A DNA stretch of 64,000 nucleotides from Minisyncoccota bacterium (GTDB taxonomy: Bacteria > Patescibacteriota > Minisyncoccia > Minisyncoccales > JAGOPM01): NCBI GenBank assembly GCA_041651395.1, contig JBAZJI010000001.1, positions 182,533-246,532 of the forward strand, written 5' to 3'. The notes beneath the pieces were generated by a model that was given only the letters and a program-made list of their open reading frames with translations, was not told the origin of the DNA and searched no databases. This document shows positions 46,334 to 56,759 of the stretch, piece after piece. Both the position numbers and the translations under genes were made by a program. Positions within the stretch are counted from its first letter, which is position 1, and every line of letters starts with the position of its first letter.

Positions 46334-46924
46334 TCAAGGCATATTGACATCAAATGTTCCCAGGGTAATCATTTCCGTTTTGTTTCCGGCATCATCAAGC
46401 AGCGGCAAATCTTCAAGATTTTCATCGAATGCGCTGTAGACTTCCAGGTTGAAGTGCAGCAGCTTGTTGCCATTTCTGGTTCGGGTTGGTTGCCAGTAGT
46501 AGGGGGTGCTGCCAATCGAGATAGAATCATTGGTGACTGTCTGCGATTCACCCTCGTACCAGTAGCGAACCTTGGCGAGCAAAATGTCTTCACTTTGCCA
46601 GCGCCCGAAATTCTTTACTTTGATTTCTACAAGCTGTTCCCCGGAAAGGCCGGAAAAATACTGGGCCTTAACCCCGAGAGCACGCTCTACCTTTTGACCT
46701 TCCTGAAGCCTTAGGATTTCCTTTTCTTCCTTTGGCCGGGAGGCTGCTTGTTCAACTGCCTTGGGAGCGGCTGTTGGAAAGGTGATTACTTTTGCAGCAT
46801 TCTTGGGGCTTTCCGAAACGGATGGCACCAAGTTGGCCGACAGATCTTTTTCACCTTTTCCAGTGCAGCCAACGGCCAGAATCGCAACAACTGCCACGCA
46901 AATTAGAATGCTGATATTTTTCAT
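46334..46924 (-). CDS. lipoprotein (lipobox LAVGC), hypothetical
   Basis: N-terminal MKNISILICVAVVAILAVGCTGKGE. Confidence 0.5.
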   Translation of the reverse strand: MKNISILICVAVVAILAVGCTGKGEKDLSANLVPSVSESPKNAAKVITFPTAAPKAVEQAASRPKEEKEILRLQEGQKVERALGVKAQYFSGLSGEQLVEIKVKNFGRWQSEDILLAKVRYWYEGESQTVTNDSISIGSTPYYWQPTRTRNGNKLLHFNLEVYSAFDENLEDLPLLDDAGNKTEMITLGTFDVNMP

Positions 46925-47112
46925 TTAATCCTCCTTCTGGATTATTTGATGTATATTTTTTTGTTAATTCATAAGTTGCCTTATGATACTTATATTATAG
47001 CACATTTTTAGCAAAAAATCAATGCACGAAGTTGCCAATAAAATCAACCCTTTCTGCCCCCTTGGTAGAGTTTCAATTAAAAAAGCCCCAAATAACTTGG
47101 GGCTTTTTAAGC

Positions 47113-50100
47113 TTACTGTAATTCGGGCGGGTTAAAGTCCTTAAATGTTTTTCTTGAGATATCGTAAATTTCTCCAACCTCAGCTAGTTTGCTTAATGGG
47201 AACAGGATATAGGTTTGGTCCCCGGATAAGCCAGAAACATTTTGGCCGCAGCTATCACTTAACCTCCCATTGTAATTCTTATCAACGGCCGTGGTCAGGC
47301 GGAATAATTTGCGGGGGCTCTGGGGGGATGCAATCGAATCATTGCCAACTGCTTTAACCGAGTTTTTATCATATTCGTCCCAGCGGGAAATATTTACGTA
47401 GTGCGATGGATTGCCGTAGCAGCGCATAATTATCGGAATACCCCGGGAAGTAAACCTCTGGGTTTGCTCCCAATTAACAAATTGCCGGTCAGGGAATTTA
47501 TCGCCCATGCTGCTAGAGCCGGTAATCGGCATAAAGACCATGCCCAGATTTGTTTGGAAATCCTTAAAAATATTATGTTTGCCGCTTAAAGCCCAATCAA
47601 CGGAAAAAAGACCTTTACAGGTTAAGTAGCGCAAAACTTTATAAGTGGTTGGCTCATACTTTTCATAGCGCTCCTCGACGCTTAATTTGGAATCATCGAT
47701 TTTTTCGTATGGCTTCCAATCGTCATTACAGCTGTTGGTTTTGATGTCGTAAAAACAACCGCGAATGGCCAGATTATATTCCCGCTGCCAATTAGCGCGG
47801 AAGGAGTTGTCGTTGCGATACCAGTAGGCAAAAGACATGGAAAGCGCGCTATCGCCACAGCCGGCCGAGCCGACCACAGACATTCTATCTGTGGCATAAA
47901 GGCGGCGGCAGGAAGTGTATTGTCCGCTGGTTTGGGAGAATTGCGGCACGTCAGTCATAGAAATAATCGATTTGGGCTCTCCGCAATTCAGGCAGGAAAA
48001 AGTATTATTCCCAGTGCAGTCGGTGGCCACGCAAGCTTGCCATTTATAAAGGTAGCGGGAATATTTTTTCTTAACTTCGAGGTATTCATAAACCGGCAGG
48101 CCTTGATTCTTCATTTTTTCGGAAACATAATCTTCAAACGGATTATTAAGGGCATAATAGAACATTCCTTTTTCGGCCGGGACGGCAACCATGTGCTCGC
48201 GTTTGCGTAATCCCTGTGAGCAGGCAAACCGGGTATCAAAACTGATTGAGGGATCGTCTCCGGCCGGCTCTTCGGAGCAGATATTGAAGTAATATTTGGC
48301 TTGGGGATTGCCCTTACCCAGAGTTTTGGCCGCTCCAGAGAAGAGAATTTTTTGCCAGCTCATGGAGTAGGCTTTCAAAGTCAAAGCTTGCGGGGATTCG
48401 ATATTAAATTCTTTAGTTACGGGGAGGGAATATTTTTTGTCGCCGTATTTGCCCATATTCTCGGCAATCAGGGTGGCAAAAAATTTCTTTTTTCCGTCCA
48501 AGTGGTCATTGCCGATTAAAACTCCAAACAGGCTGCCCGATTTTTCAGCGCGTGAAAAGGTTACCCGGTGGGGATTTTTCTTAAAGAAAGGATCGTCTTT
48601 GGGGTTGAGCTTGGTATTAACCGGCTCGCCCTCCAGCCACCAATAGGCCCAGATAAGAGCGCCACTGCCGCCCTCATTAGTGGTGTTACCATCGGAAAGA
48701 AGTTGCCCGGTAACATTATAGGAAAAGGTTTTGCTATTGGCCGGATAGGTAATGTTTTTTATCCGGAAATCATCGGCTTCCAGCGTCGGCTTGGCAAATG
48801 ATGTTTTGAAGGGGATTATCTCTCCATAGGTTGTCCCCGCATTATTTGCGCCCACAGCCTGGACGCAATATTCCGTATCGGGCTTAAGCCCGTTTTGGGA
48901 ACCAAAATAGTAAAGCCCGTTGCGGGAGCCGGTCTTGGCTTCAAAAAATTGTTCTTTATCTTTAGCCTGGGGCTCGATGCTGCAATCGGCAAGGTAGAAT
49001 ATATCGCTTTTATCAGTGATATTTTCTACTGGCCGTTTTCTGGCTTCCCACACCCTAAACCAGGTCTTGAAGCTGCTATCATAAATATTTTGTTCGTCGA
49101 GTTTGGCTTCAAAACTGGCCGAGGTATCTTTGATAAAATTTAAGGCATTAAGCCCGCAAGGTTCGGGTTGGGATTTTCCAATAAAGGGGGTAAATTGGGT
49201 GTAATAATAGGGGAGGTAATTTTGCGGCGTGGAAGCGTCGGGCGGTACAAAAAATTTGCAGGTTTGGATTCTGGGCAGGCGCAAAGTTTTGAAGATACCG
49301 ACATTGGTTTTATCGGTATATTTATCCGTGGGCGAATTAGCCACCACCGAGCGGAAACAATATTGCCCGCCGCCCTCTTCAAGGGTGTCTACTACCACTC
49401 CGTAAGTTACTTTACCCGAATCTTTTTTCTGTTTGTAATAAAATATTTCGACAGCCTTATCCTGGAGTGACCTTATCTCTTCAGGATCAGGTATTTGTTT
49501 TTTATCGGTGCAGGGCCAATACTCAAACCAAGCTTTAACGGCATTGCGATTTCCACCTGAACTTATAATTTCCCCTTCCAGCCGGGCCTTGGTTGTCCCG
49601 ATACCTTCAGCCGACACGGTTTTGGATTGAAGGGGCAGAACCGCCTCCGAGCATTGATAACCGTCATAGGCTTTTTGTTCGGTGCGCCCTAAGTTTTGCG
49701 CTGCTGCCTTCCAGCAATATTTTTGATTGTATTCCACATCCAGATCAGTGGTAAAATATTGCCCGCCCGGCTCTGTTCTCAGGTCAATGGATTTTAGAAT
49801 TTTTGGGTTGGGTATGGGGCCTTGCCATTGGTTGCGCAGAGCATCTTGGTATTTGGCCCAGTAAAAATAAGTATAGCCTTTGCTGATACTGACGGTTTGG
49901 TCAAAGCGGAAAATTCGCCCGCCTAACCGGATTTTGTTTACTAATTCCGGGCTATCCGATCTTTTTAGATAGAAAAAGTCGGTGGACTCGTCATACACTT
50001 CGTTTTTCACCCAGTTTTGGCAATTTTCATCGCCTAAGGTGGTAAAGCACTGAGCATTTTTTTTATCAACCGAATAACCCCAATCCGTGTGAGCTAAGGC

Positions 50101-51195
50101 AAAAAAGCAGTAGGGGGTGCAGGGTTGAAGGCCGGTGATTTGGGCAAAATGTTTTCCCGCTTTAGTGAACTTGGGATTGGCCGCATAAGGAGTTTTTATG
50201 GTCGTGGAAACATTATCCTGGTCGTAGGCATTGTAATAATTAAACCAGGGCACGGCGCCACTCGGGTCATCCCCGGGGTCGACTATTTCCATGCTTAGAA
50301 CCGCACTATTTCTGGTAACTTTTTCCGCAGACAGAGTTTTTAACTTGGTGCGATAAAGAAAAACCGTTTGGCCGTTAATATCGCAAATGCTTTTACCGGA
50401 AAACCAACCGTTTTTATTCCATGCCGAGGCTTGATAGCAATAATTTTGCAGTGGGGGCAAGAAATTTTTAGTGGTATAAGAATAAATACTGTTATTCAGC
50501 ACCGGGGGAAGGTCGTCAGTGGATTTGTTCGGATCGATTCTGATAACGAGGCTGTTTTCCATACCATCGCGGACCAATGTTTCTCTGGGGAAAAGGTCCC
50601 AGGCGATGTAGGGTTCCTGCAAATCATTACCATTGCTGTAAAAGCTGGCGCGAAAAGTCGTATCACCCAAACTTTGGTTTTGGGTAGTGGCCTCGGTATT
50701 AATCATGGGCAGAAGTTTGGGAATTTCATCCCTGGGACAGATTGTAAATTCTGGGCTTGCATAAGCCAAATTTTTGGCTTTATCAAATACCCGCATTTTG
50801 CAGAAGCAGTTACGCGACACATCGGCATCTTGATAGGTGCGTGAATCCTGCGGCACAGTCCAAATACCGGTCATTTCTTTCTGGTTGGGCGTTTCACCTT
50901 CGGCTAATTGGGCGGGGGTAGAGCGTTGCCCGTAAGAAATGTATTCCTGTCCTGTATAGCCATAGGCCGAATAGCAAATGACGTCAAAAAACGGATAGTC
51001 GGCGGTTTTTCCAGAAGTTTCCTTCCAGTGAAATTCCAAATCCACTCCGCTGGGGAAAAACGTAAAATAGGGATCGTTAAAAGACGTCGAGCGGTTACCG
51101 AAAATTATTCGGGTCGCGAATTGGGCCGCTTGGGTATAACTGGCGGCAAAAGCAATCAGGAATACGCAAAAAAGAAAGACGAAAAATTTCTTCAT
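47113..51195 (-). CDS. giant secreted protein (about 1360 aa) with multiple FN3-like signatures and a Cys-rich C-terminal region
   Basis: Start set at the Met giving signal peptide MKKFFVFLFCVFLIAFAASYTQA (revcomp of 51193-51195). Repeated TxYCxxAxAxNxxG motifs (TEYCVQAVGANNAGTTYG, GQYCFRSVVANSP, YCWKAAAQNLG). C-terminal SVVGSAGCGDSALSMSFAYWY block. Confidence 0.7.
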   Translation of the reverse strand: MKKFFVFLFCVFLIAFAASYTQAAQFATRIIFGNRSTSFNDPYFTFFPSGVDLEFHWKETSGKTADYPFFDVICYSAYGYTGQEYISYGQRSTPAQLAEGETPNQKEMTGIWTVPQDSRTYQDADVSRNCFCKMRVFDKAKNLAYASPEFTICPRDEIPKLLPMINTEATTQNQSLGDTTFRASFYSNGNDLQEPYIAWDLFPRETLVRDGMENSLVIRIDPNKSTDDLPPVLNNSIYSYTTKNFLPPLQNYCYQASAWNKNGWFSGKSICDINGQTVFLYRTKLKTLSAEKVTRNSAVLSMEIVDPGDDPSGAVPWFNYYNAYDQDNVSTTIKTPYAANPKFTKAGKHFAQITGLQPCTPYCFFALAHTDWGYSVDKKNAQCFTTLGDENCQNWVKNEVYDESTDFFYLKRSDSPELVNKIRLGGRIFRFDQTVSISKGYTYFYWAKYQDALRNQWQGPIPNPKILKSIDLRTEPGGQYFTTDLDVEYNQKYCWKAAAQNLGRTEQKAYDGYQCSEAVLPLQSKTVSAEGIGTTKARLEGEIISSGGNRNAVKAWFEYWPCTDKKQIPDPEEIRSLQDKAVEIFYYKQKKDSGKVTYGVVVDTLEEGGGQYCFRSVVANSPTDKYTDKTNVGIFKTLRLPRIQTCKFFVPPDASTPQNYLPYYYTQFTPFIGKSQPEPCGLNALNFIKDTSASFEAKLDEQNIYDSSFKTWFRVWEARKRPVENITDKSDIFYLADCSIEPQAKDKEQFFEAKTGSRNGLYYFGSQNGLKPDTEYCVQAVGANNAGTTYGEIIPFKTSFAKPTLEADDFRIKNITYPANSKTFSYNVTGQLLSDGNTTNEGGSGALIWAYWWLEGEPVNTKLNPKDDPFFKKNPHRVTFSRAEKSGSLFGVLIGNDHLDGKKKFFATLIAENMGKYGDKKYSLPVTKEFNIESPQALTLKAYSMSWQKILFSGAAKTLGKGNPQAKYYFNICSEEPAGDDPSISFDTRFACSQGLRKREHMVAVPAEKGMFYYALNNPFEDYVSEKMKNQGLPVYEYLEVKKKYSRYLYKWQACVATDCTGNNTFSCLNCGEPKSIISMTDVPQFSQTSGQYTSCRRLYATDRMSVVGSAGCGDSALSMSFAYWYRNDNSFRANWQREYNLAIRGCFYDIKTNSCNDDWKPYEKIDDSKLSVEERYEKYEPTTYKVLRYLTCKGLFSVDWALSGKHNIFKDFQTNLGMVFMPITGSSSMGDKFPDRQFVNWEQTQRFTSRGIPIIMRCYGNPSHYVNISRWDEYDKNSVKAVGNDSIASPQSPRKLFRLTTAVDKNYNGRLSDSCGQNVSGLSGDQTYILFPLSKLAEVGEIYDISRKTFKDFNPPELQ

Positions 51196-51340
51196 ACTCG
51201 TCTTTATTCTATCCGAAAATTGCAAAAAGGGATGTGCAAAACTCCTTATTTTATAGAGTTAAAAAGGCTCTACTTTACAAATCAAAAATTTGTGATATAA
51301 TTAGGTAATTAACAAAAACATACGGAAAGGAGGGGATAAC

Positions 51341-52156
51341 ATGAAGAGCAGAAATTTCCTCGTTTTGGTGGTATTATTGGCGACATTTTCTTCTTTTGCC
51401 AACATACCTTGCCACGCGCAATGTTTGGACTATCAGTGGGAGTCGCGCATTTATCCGGGCTGCGACAATCTAAGGATTGATATTCGCGCCTACGATCTTA
51501 AGCAGAACCAGCAAGTCACATTCTTTGCTATTCTGCTGCGCAACCCCGGTTCGCCGGAATTTAATTTCCAGCGCGACCACAGAATGGTTTGCTTGGGCAC
51601 CATTAAGGCTATTGCAAATAAAACTGACGGCAAGCTTGTCCGCGCTTTAAGCGATATAATCTATGATTTAGAATATTCGTGTCGCGGCCGGAATGTAACT
51701 TACGGCCTCAGTCTGATTTGCGACAAAGAAGACCTCAAGTGCATTCCATCTTTAGCCAAGCAGTATTTTCGCGTTTTGCCCGACAAGCCAAGCAGCGCAA
51801 TCAGCAGCCCCAAGGATGGCACTAGATTCTTTCTCGGTTCTCCGATTTGCGTGAAATGGGATAGGAAGCTTTTTGCTCCCGAAACCAAGTTACGTATCTC
51901 TCTGAGAAAAATCTACACGGCCGATGCTTACGACGAATTGTTCGTTCTTGAGAATGAGGCAAATGATGGCCAAAGTGAGCTCTACGTTCCGCAGGATTTG
52001 GTGGAAAATGCCACCCATAATTTATTGGACATGGTTGGCAGTGACTATTGTTGGATCTTAATCCAGCAAGAAAATCGAGAAATCGTCAGTGACGGTTTAT
52101 TCTCCATCTTTAATCCCAACGAATCCCCGAATTTCGGTCCCAGACAGGATAAATAA
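51341..52156 (+). CDS. secreted hypothetical protein (signal peptide)
   Basis: MKSRNFLVLVVLLATFSSFANIPCHAQC N-terminus; RBS GGAAAGGAGGGG upstream. Confidence 0.5.
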   Translation: MKSRNFLVLVVLLATFSSFANIPCHAQCLDYQWESRIYPGCDNLRIDIRAYDLKQNQQVTFFAILLRNPGSPEFNFQRDHRMVCLGTIKAIANKTDGKLVRALSDIIYDLEYSCRGRNVTYGLSLICDKEDLKCIPSLAKQYFRVLPDKPSSAISSPKDGTRFFLGSPICVKWDRKLFAPETKLRISLRKIYTADAYDELFVLENEANDGQSELYVPQDLVENATHNLLDMVGSDYCWILIQQENREIVSDGLFSIFNPNESPNFGPRQDK

Positions 52157-52252
52157 ATAATTTAAGCCACCCAAAAGGGCGGCTCTTTAGTTTTTTAGGG
52201 GACAAAATAGCTTTGCCAAAGGGGAATTTTTTGTATAAAATACTGGCAAGCT

Positions 52253-52993
52253 ATGGAACAAAGCGTATTTTTGTCTGTCATCATTCCAGCCTACAATGAA
52301 GAAAAGAGATTACCCAAAACCTTGGAGTCGGTTTGCTCTTGGCTGGCCAGCCGCCCTTATAGCAGTGAGGTTATAGTGGTTTCTGATGGCTCCAAAGATA
52401 ATACGCAAAAAGTCGCCCGAGAATTTTGTGCCCGCTATCCTTTTTTACAAGTGTTACAATATTTACCTAATCGTGGTAAAGGTTATGCCACGCGCTTCGG
52501 AATGCAAAAAGCCCGCGGGCATTACCAAGTTTTTACCGATGCGGACAATTCCACCTCCATTGAACAATGGGAAAAAATGATCCCGGAATTCGAAAAAGGA
52601 TTTGAAGTGGTCATCGGCTCGCGCGATATTAAAGGCGCAATTTTAGATCCACCCCAACCACCTTGGAGGCGTTTTATCGGCAATGGTTTTAATTTGGGTA
52701 TTCAGATTTTGCTCGGGCTTTGGGGCATCTGGGATACACAGTGCGGCTTTAAGGGTTTTACCCAAAAAGCCTCGCAAGCGATTTTTCCAAAAGCCCGGAT
52801 TGATCGTTTTGCTTTTGATCCGGAAATTTTATTATTGGCGCGCAAAAATAAATTCAAAATAAAAGAGATTCCTGTGCATTGGATAAATGATGCGGACAGC
52901 CGCGTCAAAGGAAAAACGGTTTTAGAAATGCTCAAAGACGCTTTTCGTATTAAAATTAACGACCTAACCGGGAAATATGAAAGCCAAAATTGA
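52253..52993 (+). CDS. family 2 glycosyltransferase (polyprenyl-phosphate sugar transferase-like)
   Basis: VIIPAYNEEKRLPKTLESV…VIVVSDGSKDNT…FTDADNS are the GT2 DxD/Rossmann blocks. Confidence 0.75.
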   Translation: MEQSVFLSVIIPAYNEEKRLPKTLESVCSWLASRPYSSEVIVVSDGSKDNTQKVAREFCARYPFLQVLQYLPNRGKGYATRFGMQKARGHYQVFTDADNSTSIEQWEKMIPEFEKGFEVVIGSRDIKGAILDPPQPPWRRFIGNGFNLGIQILLGLWGIWDTQCGFKGFTQKASQAIFPKARIDRFAFDPEILLLARKNKFKIKEIPVHWINDADSRVKGKTVLEMLKDAFRIKINDLTGKYESQN

Positions 52994-54029
52994 AAAACCG
53001 CAAATCATCAATTCAGAATTACGCCGCGACTTGATAAGCAAGGATTCGGTAGTAATTTCCAGAACCCGCAACCGCCAGCCGCAAGATTATCGGCATAAGA
53101 GCAAGCCGTTTTTTACTCCCAAATCCAAATGCCCTTTTGAAAATCTGGGGAAATCCGGTCAGCATCCGCCGGTTTTGGCGATTCATAACGGGCAGCGTTT
53201 GTCGCTTAACGGGGTTTTTCCGGCCCAGTGGAGCACGGTAATTATTCCCAATAAATTTCCGATTTTATCTCCGGTTGAAAAAATGGAAATAAAAATCCAA
53301 GGCCAGTTTTACGAAACGATTACCGCCTCGGGGTTTTGCGAGCTAGTCATCAGCAAAGACCATAAACCGCGATTTCATCAGCTTGAGGTCGGGCAAATAA
53401 AAGAGATGATTGATGCCTACCAATGGCGCTATTTGGAATTGATGGATAAGAAATTCGTCAGCTATATCTCTATTTTTCATAATTGCGGCAAGGAAGCGGC
53501 AGCTTCACAGAGTCATAACCATAGCCAGATAATCACTTCACCGTTGGTGGACAAAGATTTGGCGCGGGCTTTAGCTAATGCCCGCGAATACGAGCAACGG
53601 CATAATGCTTGCCCTTATTGCGATATGCGGGTTTTTGACAAGCAGGAAGGCCGCCGGCTGATTTTTGAAAATGAACATTTTATGGTGGTAGCGCCTTTTG
53701 CCTCGAAAAGCGAATTTGAGATGATTATCACCCCTAAAAGACATTCGCCTAATTTCGAAGAGGTAACCGAAGAAGAAAAATTAGCCTTGGCTCAAGCCTT
53801 CAAAAAGACTTTGACGGCTTTAGAAAAAGCTCTCAATGGCCCGGATTATAATTTTTATTTGCACACTTCGCCTTGCGATAATGCAAAATCTTATCCATAC
53901 TATCATTGGCATTTCACTATTTTACCCGTGGTGAAAAAGATCGGGGGATTTGAATTGTCCACCAAGCTCGATGTTAATACTATCGAGCCGGAGATTGCCG
54001 CCCAATTTATCAAAAAATACTTAAAATGA
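52977..54029 (+). CDS. GalT-like HIT-superfamily nucleotidyltransferase (galactose-1-phosphate uridylyltransferase family)
   Basis: HxHxQ active-site-like SHNHSQII and CPYCD…EHFMVVAPFASKSEFEMIITPKRH. Overlaps GT2 by 17 nt and tpiA by 4 nt, so operon-coupled. Confidence 0.5.
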   Translation: MKAKIEKPQIINSELRRDLISKDSVVISRTRNRQPQDYRHKSKPFFTPKSKCPFENLGKSGQHPPVLAIHNGQRLSLNGVFPAQWSTVIIPNKFPILSPVEKMEIKIQGQFYETITASGFCELVISKDHKPRFHQLEVGQIKEMIDAYQWRYLELMDKKFVSYISIFHNCGKEAAASQSHNHSQIITSPLVDKDLARALANAREYEQRHNACPYCDMRVFDKQEGRRLIFENEHFMVVAPFASKSEFEMIITPKRHSPNFEEVTEEEKLALAQAFKKTLTALEKALNGPDYNFYLHTSPCDNAKSYPYYHWHFTILPVVKKIGGFELSTKLDVNTIEPEIAAQFIKKYLK

Positions 54030-54781
54030 AAAAAATCGTTATCGCGAATTGGAAATGCTTCCCGGAAACCAAACAGGAGGCCCAAACCATTCTTAAACAG
54101 CTTAATCCCTCCTGCAAAGGGCTGAAAAATACTTCCGTGACCGTTTGTCTGCCTTTTCCATTTCTGCAATTAGCCTGCAATTTCAAACAGCCCAGTATCT
54201 CCTTTGGCGCCCAAAATTGTTTTTGGCTGCCTTTTGGCGCTTATACCGGGGAGGTTTCCGCTTCACAGTTGGCAACCACGGGCGTGCAATATGTAATCTT
54301 GGGCCATTCAGAAAGGCGGCAACATTTTAACGAGCCTAATGATATCATCAATAAAAAAATCAAACTCTGTTTGGAAAATAAAATGAAGGCCGTGCTTTGC
54401 GTTGGCGAATCTTTCGAGGATAGGCAGCTTAAAAGAGAGAACGCCATTATCCGCGGCCAAATTTTGCAAGGGCTAAAAGATTTTGGGCCCAAAGAAATGG
54501 TAAATTTGTGTATTGCCTATGAACCGGTTTGGGCCATTGGCAGCGGCAAGCCCTGCTCAAGTGAAGATGCCAAAAACATGGCCACTTATATCAAGGGCCT
54601 GATGTATGAAGTTTTCGGCGCTAAAGAGTTTCCGGTTATTTATGGCGGCTCGGTTAATTCTGGCAATGCCAAGGATTATATTACTAACGGCAATATGGAC
54701 GGGCTTTTAGTGGGGCGCGCTTCCTTGGATTGGCAGGAGTTTGTTAATATTATTTTATCAATCGAAAAGAATAAGGCATGA
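54026..54781 (+). CDS. tpiA: triosephosphate isomerase
   Basis: IANWKC…ILGHSERR…CVGES…AYEPVWAIGSG…YGGSV are canonical TIM motifs. Confidence 0.85.
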   Translation: MKKIVIANWKCFPETKQEAQTILKQLNPSCKGLKNTSVTVCLPFPFLQLACNFKQPSISFGAQNCFWLPFGAYTGEVSASQLATTGVQYVILGHSERRQHFNEPNDIINKKIKLCLENKMKAVLCVGESFEDRQLKRENAIIRGQILQGLKDFGPKEMVNLCIAYEPVWAIGSGKPCSSEDAKNMATYIKGLMYEVFGAKEFPVIYGGSVNSGNAKDYITNGNMDGLLVGRASLDWQEFVNIILSIEKNKA

Positions 54782-56583
54782 CATCAAAGGAGCTTAGGCA
54801 AAAATTTATTAATTTTTTCGAAAAAAATGGGCATAAGCAAGTGCCCTCCAGTTCTTTGCTGCCAAGTGACCCCTCGGTTTTATTTACCACGGCGGGCATG
54901 CAACAATTTGTGGACTATTTAGCCGGATACAAAGATCCCCTGAACAAATTCGGCTCGCGCCATTTATGTTCAGTGCAAAAGTGTTTCCGTACTAATGATA
55001 TTGAAGAGATAGGCGATGATACCCATCACACATTTTTTGAAATGTTGGGTAACTGGAGTATTGGCACGGACGAAAACGGGCAATACTTTAAGGAGGTGGC
55101 CATCAAATACGCTTTGGAATTTTTGCAGAGCTTAGGTTTCAAAAAAGATAAAATGTGGGCCACGATTTATCAGGGAGATAGCGTCATTGCCAAAGATGAT
55201 GAGGCTAGAGATATTTGGATTAAAAACGGCATACCAGAGGAGCGCATTTTGCCTTGCGGGAGCGATAATTTTTGGGGGCCAACGGCTGCCACCGGACCCT
55301 GCGGCCCTTGCTCGGAAATCCATTATGACCGCGGAGCGGAGTTTGGCTGCTCTTCGGCTGATTGTAAGCCAAATTGCCCTAACTGCAAACGTTTTGTGGA
55401 GATTTGGAATTTGGTCTTCATGCAGTATTCCAAAAATGAAAAAGGCGAATTCGAAAAATTGCCGCAAACCAATGTGGATACGGGTTCGGGTTTAGAAAGA
55501 GTGCTGACTATCCTTAATGGCACACCTTCAGCTTTTGAAAGTGATTTATTTTTGCCTTTAATCGAGGAATTGGAAAAGATTTCCGAAAAAAAATATAGTG
55601 AGGCGCAATTTGCCTATCGGGTTATCGTCGATCATTTGCGCGGGGCTTGTTTTTTGGTAGCGGATGGTTTTAAGCCGGATAAAATCGGGCAGGGTTATGT
55701 TTTGCGCCGGCTCATCAGACGCGCTATCAGGCAGGCAAGAATTATCGGCTCGCAAGAAATTTTTGTGTCGCTTTTAGCGCAAAAAATAGTAACCCAATAT
55801 GGAGAAATTTATCCCGAGCTTGCCCGGGCCCAAAGCGGGATAATAAAAATTTTAACAGAGGAACAGGAAAAATTCGGTAAGGCTTTGGAAAATGGCTTAA
55901 AAATTTTGGATAAAAAATATCCCAAAACAGAAAAGGGCGGAATCATCAGTGGCGTCGATGCGTTTGATTTATACCAGACCTATGGTTTCCCTTGGGAAAT
56001 GATTGCGGAGGAAGCGGCCTCGCGCGGTTATACTTTAGATAAGGCGGGTTTTCAAAATACCCAATCTCAACATGTGGAAATTTCTCGCGCGGGCGCGGCC
56101 AAGCTTTTTGGCGGCCATGGGGCCAATGAAGTGCAAGATGAACAGTCCAAAGAAAAGATTACCAAGCTCCATACGGCCACGCACATTTTACAAGCGGCTT
56201 TGCGCCAAGTATTGGGGGAGGGCGTCAAGCAAATGGGGTCAAATATTGATGCTACAAGGTTGCGCTTTGATTTTTCTTTTGAACGCAAGATGTCCCCTGA
56301 AGAGATAAAGAGGACACAGGACATCGTTAATGAGCAAATCCAAAAAAATCTTATCGTGACCAAGGAGGAAATGGACTATATGAAGGCCATGGAATCGGGC
56401 GCTTTGGCCTTTTTTAAGGAAAAATATCCCGATAAGGTTAATGTTTATTCGATAGGGGACTTTTCCAAAGAGCTTTGCGGCGGCCCGCATGTGGACTGTA
56501 CCGGGAAGCTTGGAAAATTCAAAATTATCAAGGAGGAATCGGTGGCCGCTGGGGTCAGAAGGATTAAGGCTACGCTGGAATGA
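54778..56583 (+). CDS. alaS: alanine--tRNA ligase, short form (catalytic + editing domains, no C-Ala domain)
   Basis: FTTAGMQQF…FRTNDIEEIGDDTHHTFFEMLGNWSIG (class II AlaRS). Editing HTATHIL…CGGPH. 601 aa versus about 870 in full-length enzymes. Confidence 0.8.
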   Translation: MTSKELRQKFINFFEKNGHKQVPSSSLLPSDPSVLFTTAGMQQFVDYLAGYKDPLNKFGSRHLCSVQKCFRTNDIEEIGDDTHHTFFEMLGNWSIGTDENGQYFKEVAIKYALEFLQSLGFKKDKMWATIYQGDSVIAKDDEARDIWIKNGIPEERILPCGSDNFWGPTAATGPCGPCSEIHYDRGAEFGCSSADCKPNCPNCKRFVEIWNLVFMQYSKNEKGEFEKLPQTNVDTGSGLERVLTILNGTPSAFESDLFLPLIEELEKISEKKYSEAQFAYRVIVDHLRGACFLVADGFKPDKIGQGYVLRRLIRRAIRQARIIGSQEIFVSLLAQKIVTQYGEIYPELARAQSGIIKILTEEQEKFGKALENGLKILDKKYPKTEKGGIISGVDAFDLYQTYGFPWEMIAEEAASRGYTLDKAGFQNTQSQHVEISRAGAAKLFGGHGANEVQDEQSKEKITKLHTATHILQAALRQVLGEGVKQMGSNIDATRLRFDFSFERKMSPEEIKRTQDIVNEQIQKNLIVTKEEMDYMKAMESGALAFFKEKYPDKVNVYSIGDFSKELCGGPHVDCTGKLGKFKIIKEESVAAGVRRIKATLE

Positions 56584-56759
56584 GGACAAGGGACACTAAA
56601 AGCGGTCAATTTGACAAAAATTAATAATATTTCGTAATCAAAATCCCCCTTGACAGGGGGCTTGATTTGTGTGGGCAATCGTGCATATAATGCGCAAAAG
56701 TAGATAATTTAACCCCCGGCCAAAAGCCGGCGGAGTTTGCACAAAATAATAAAAAAAAT

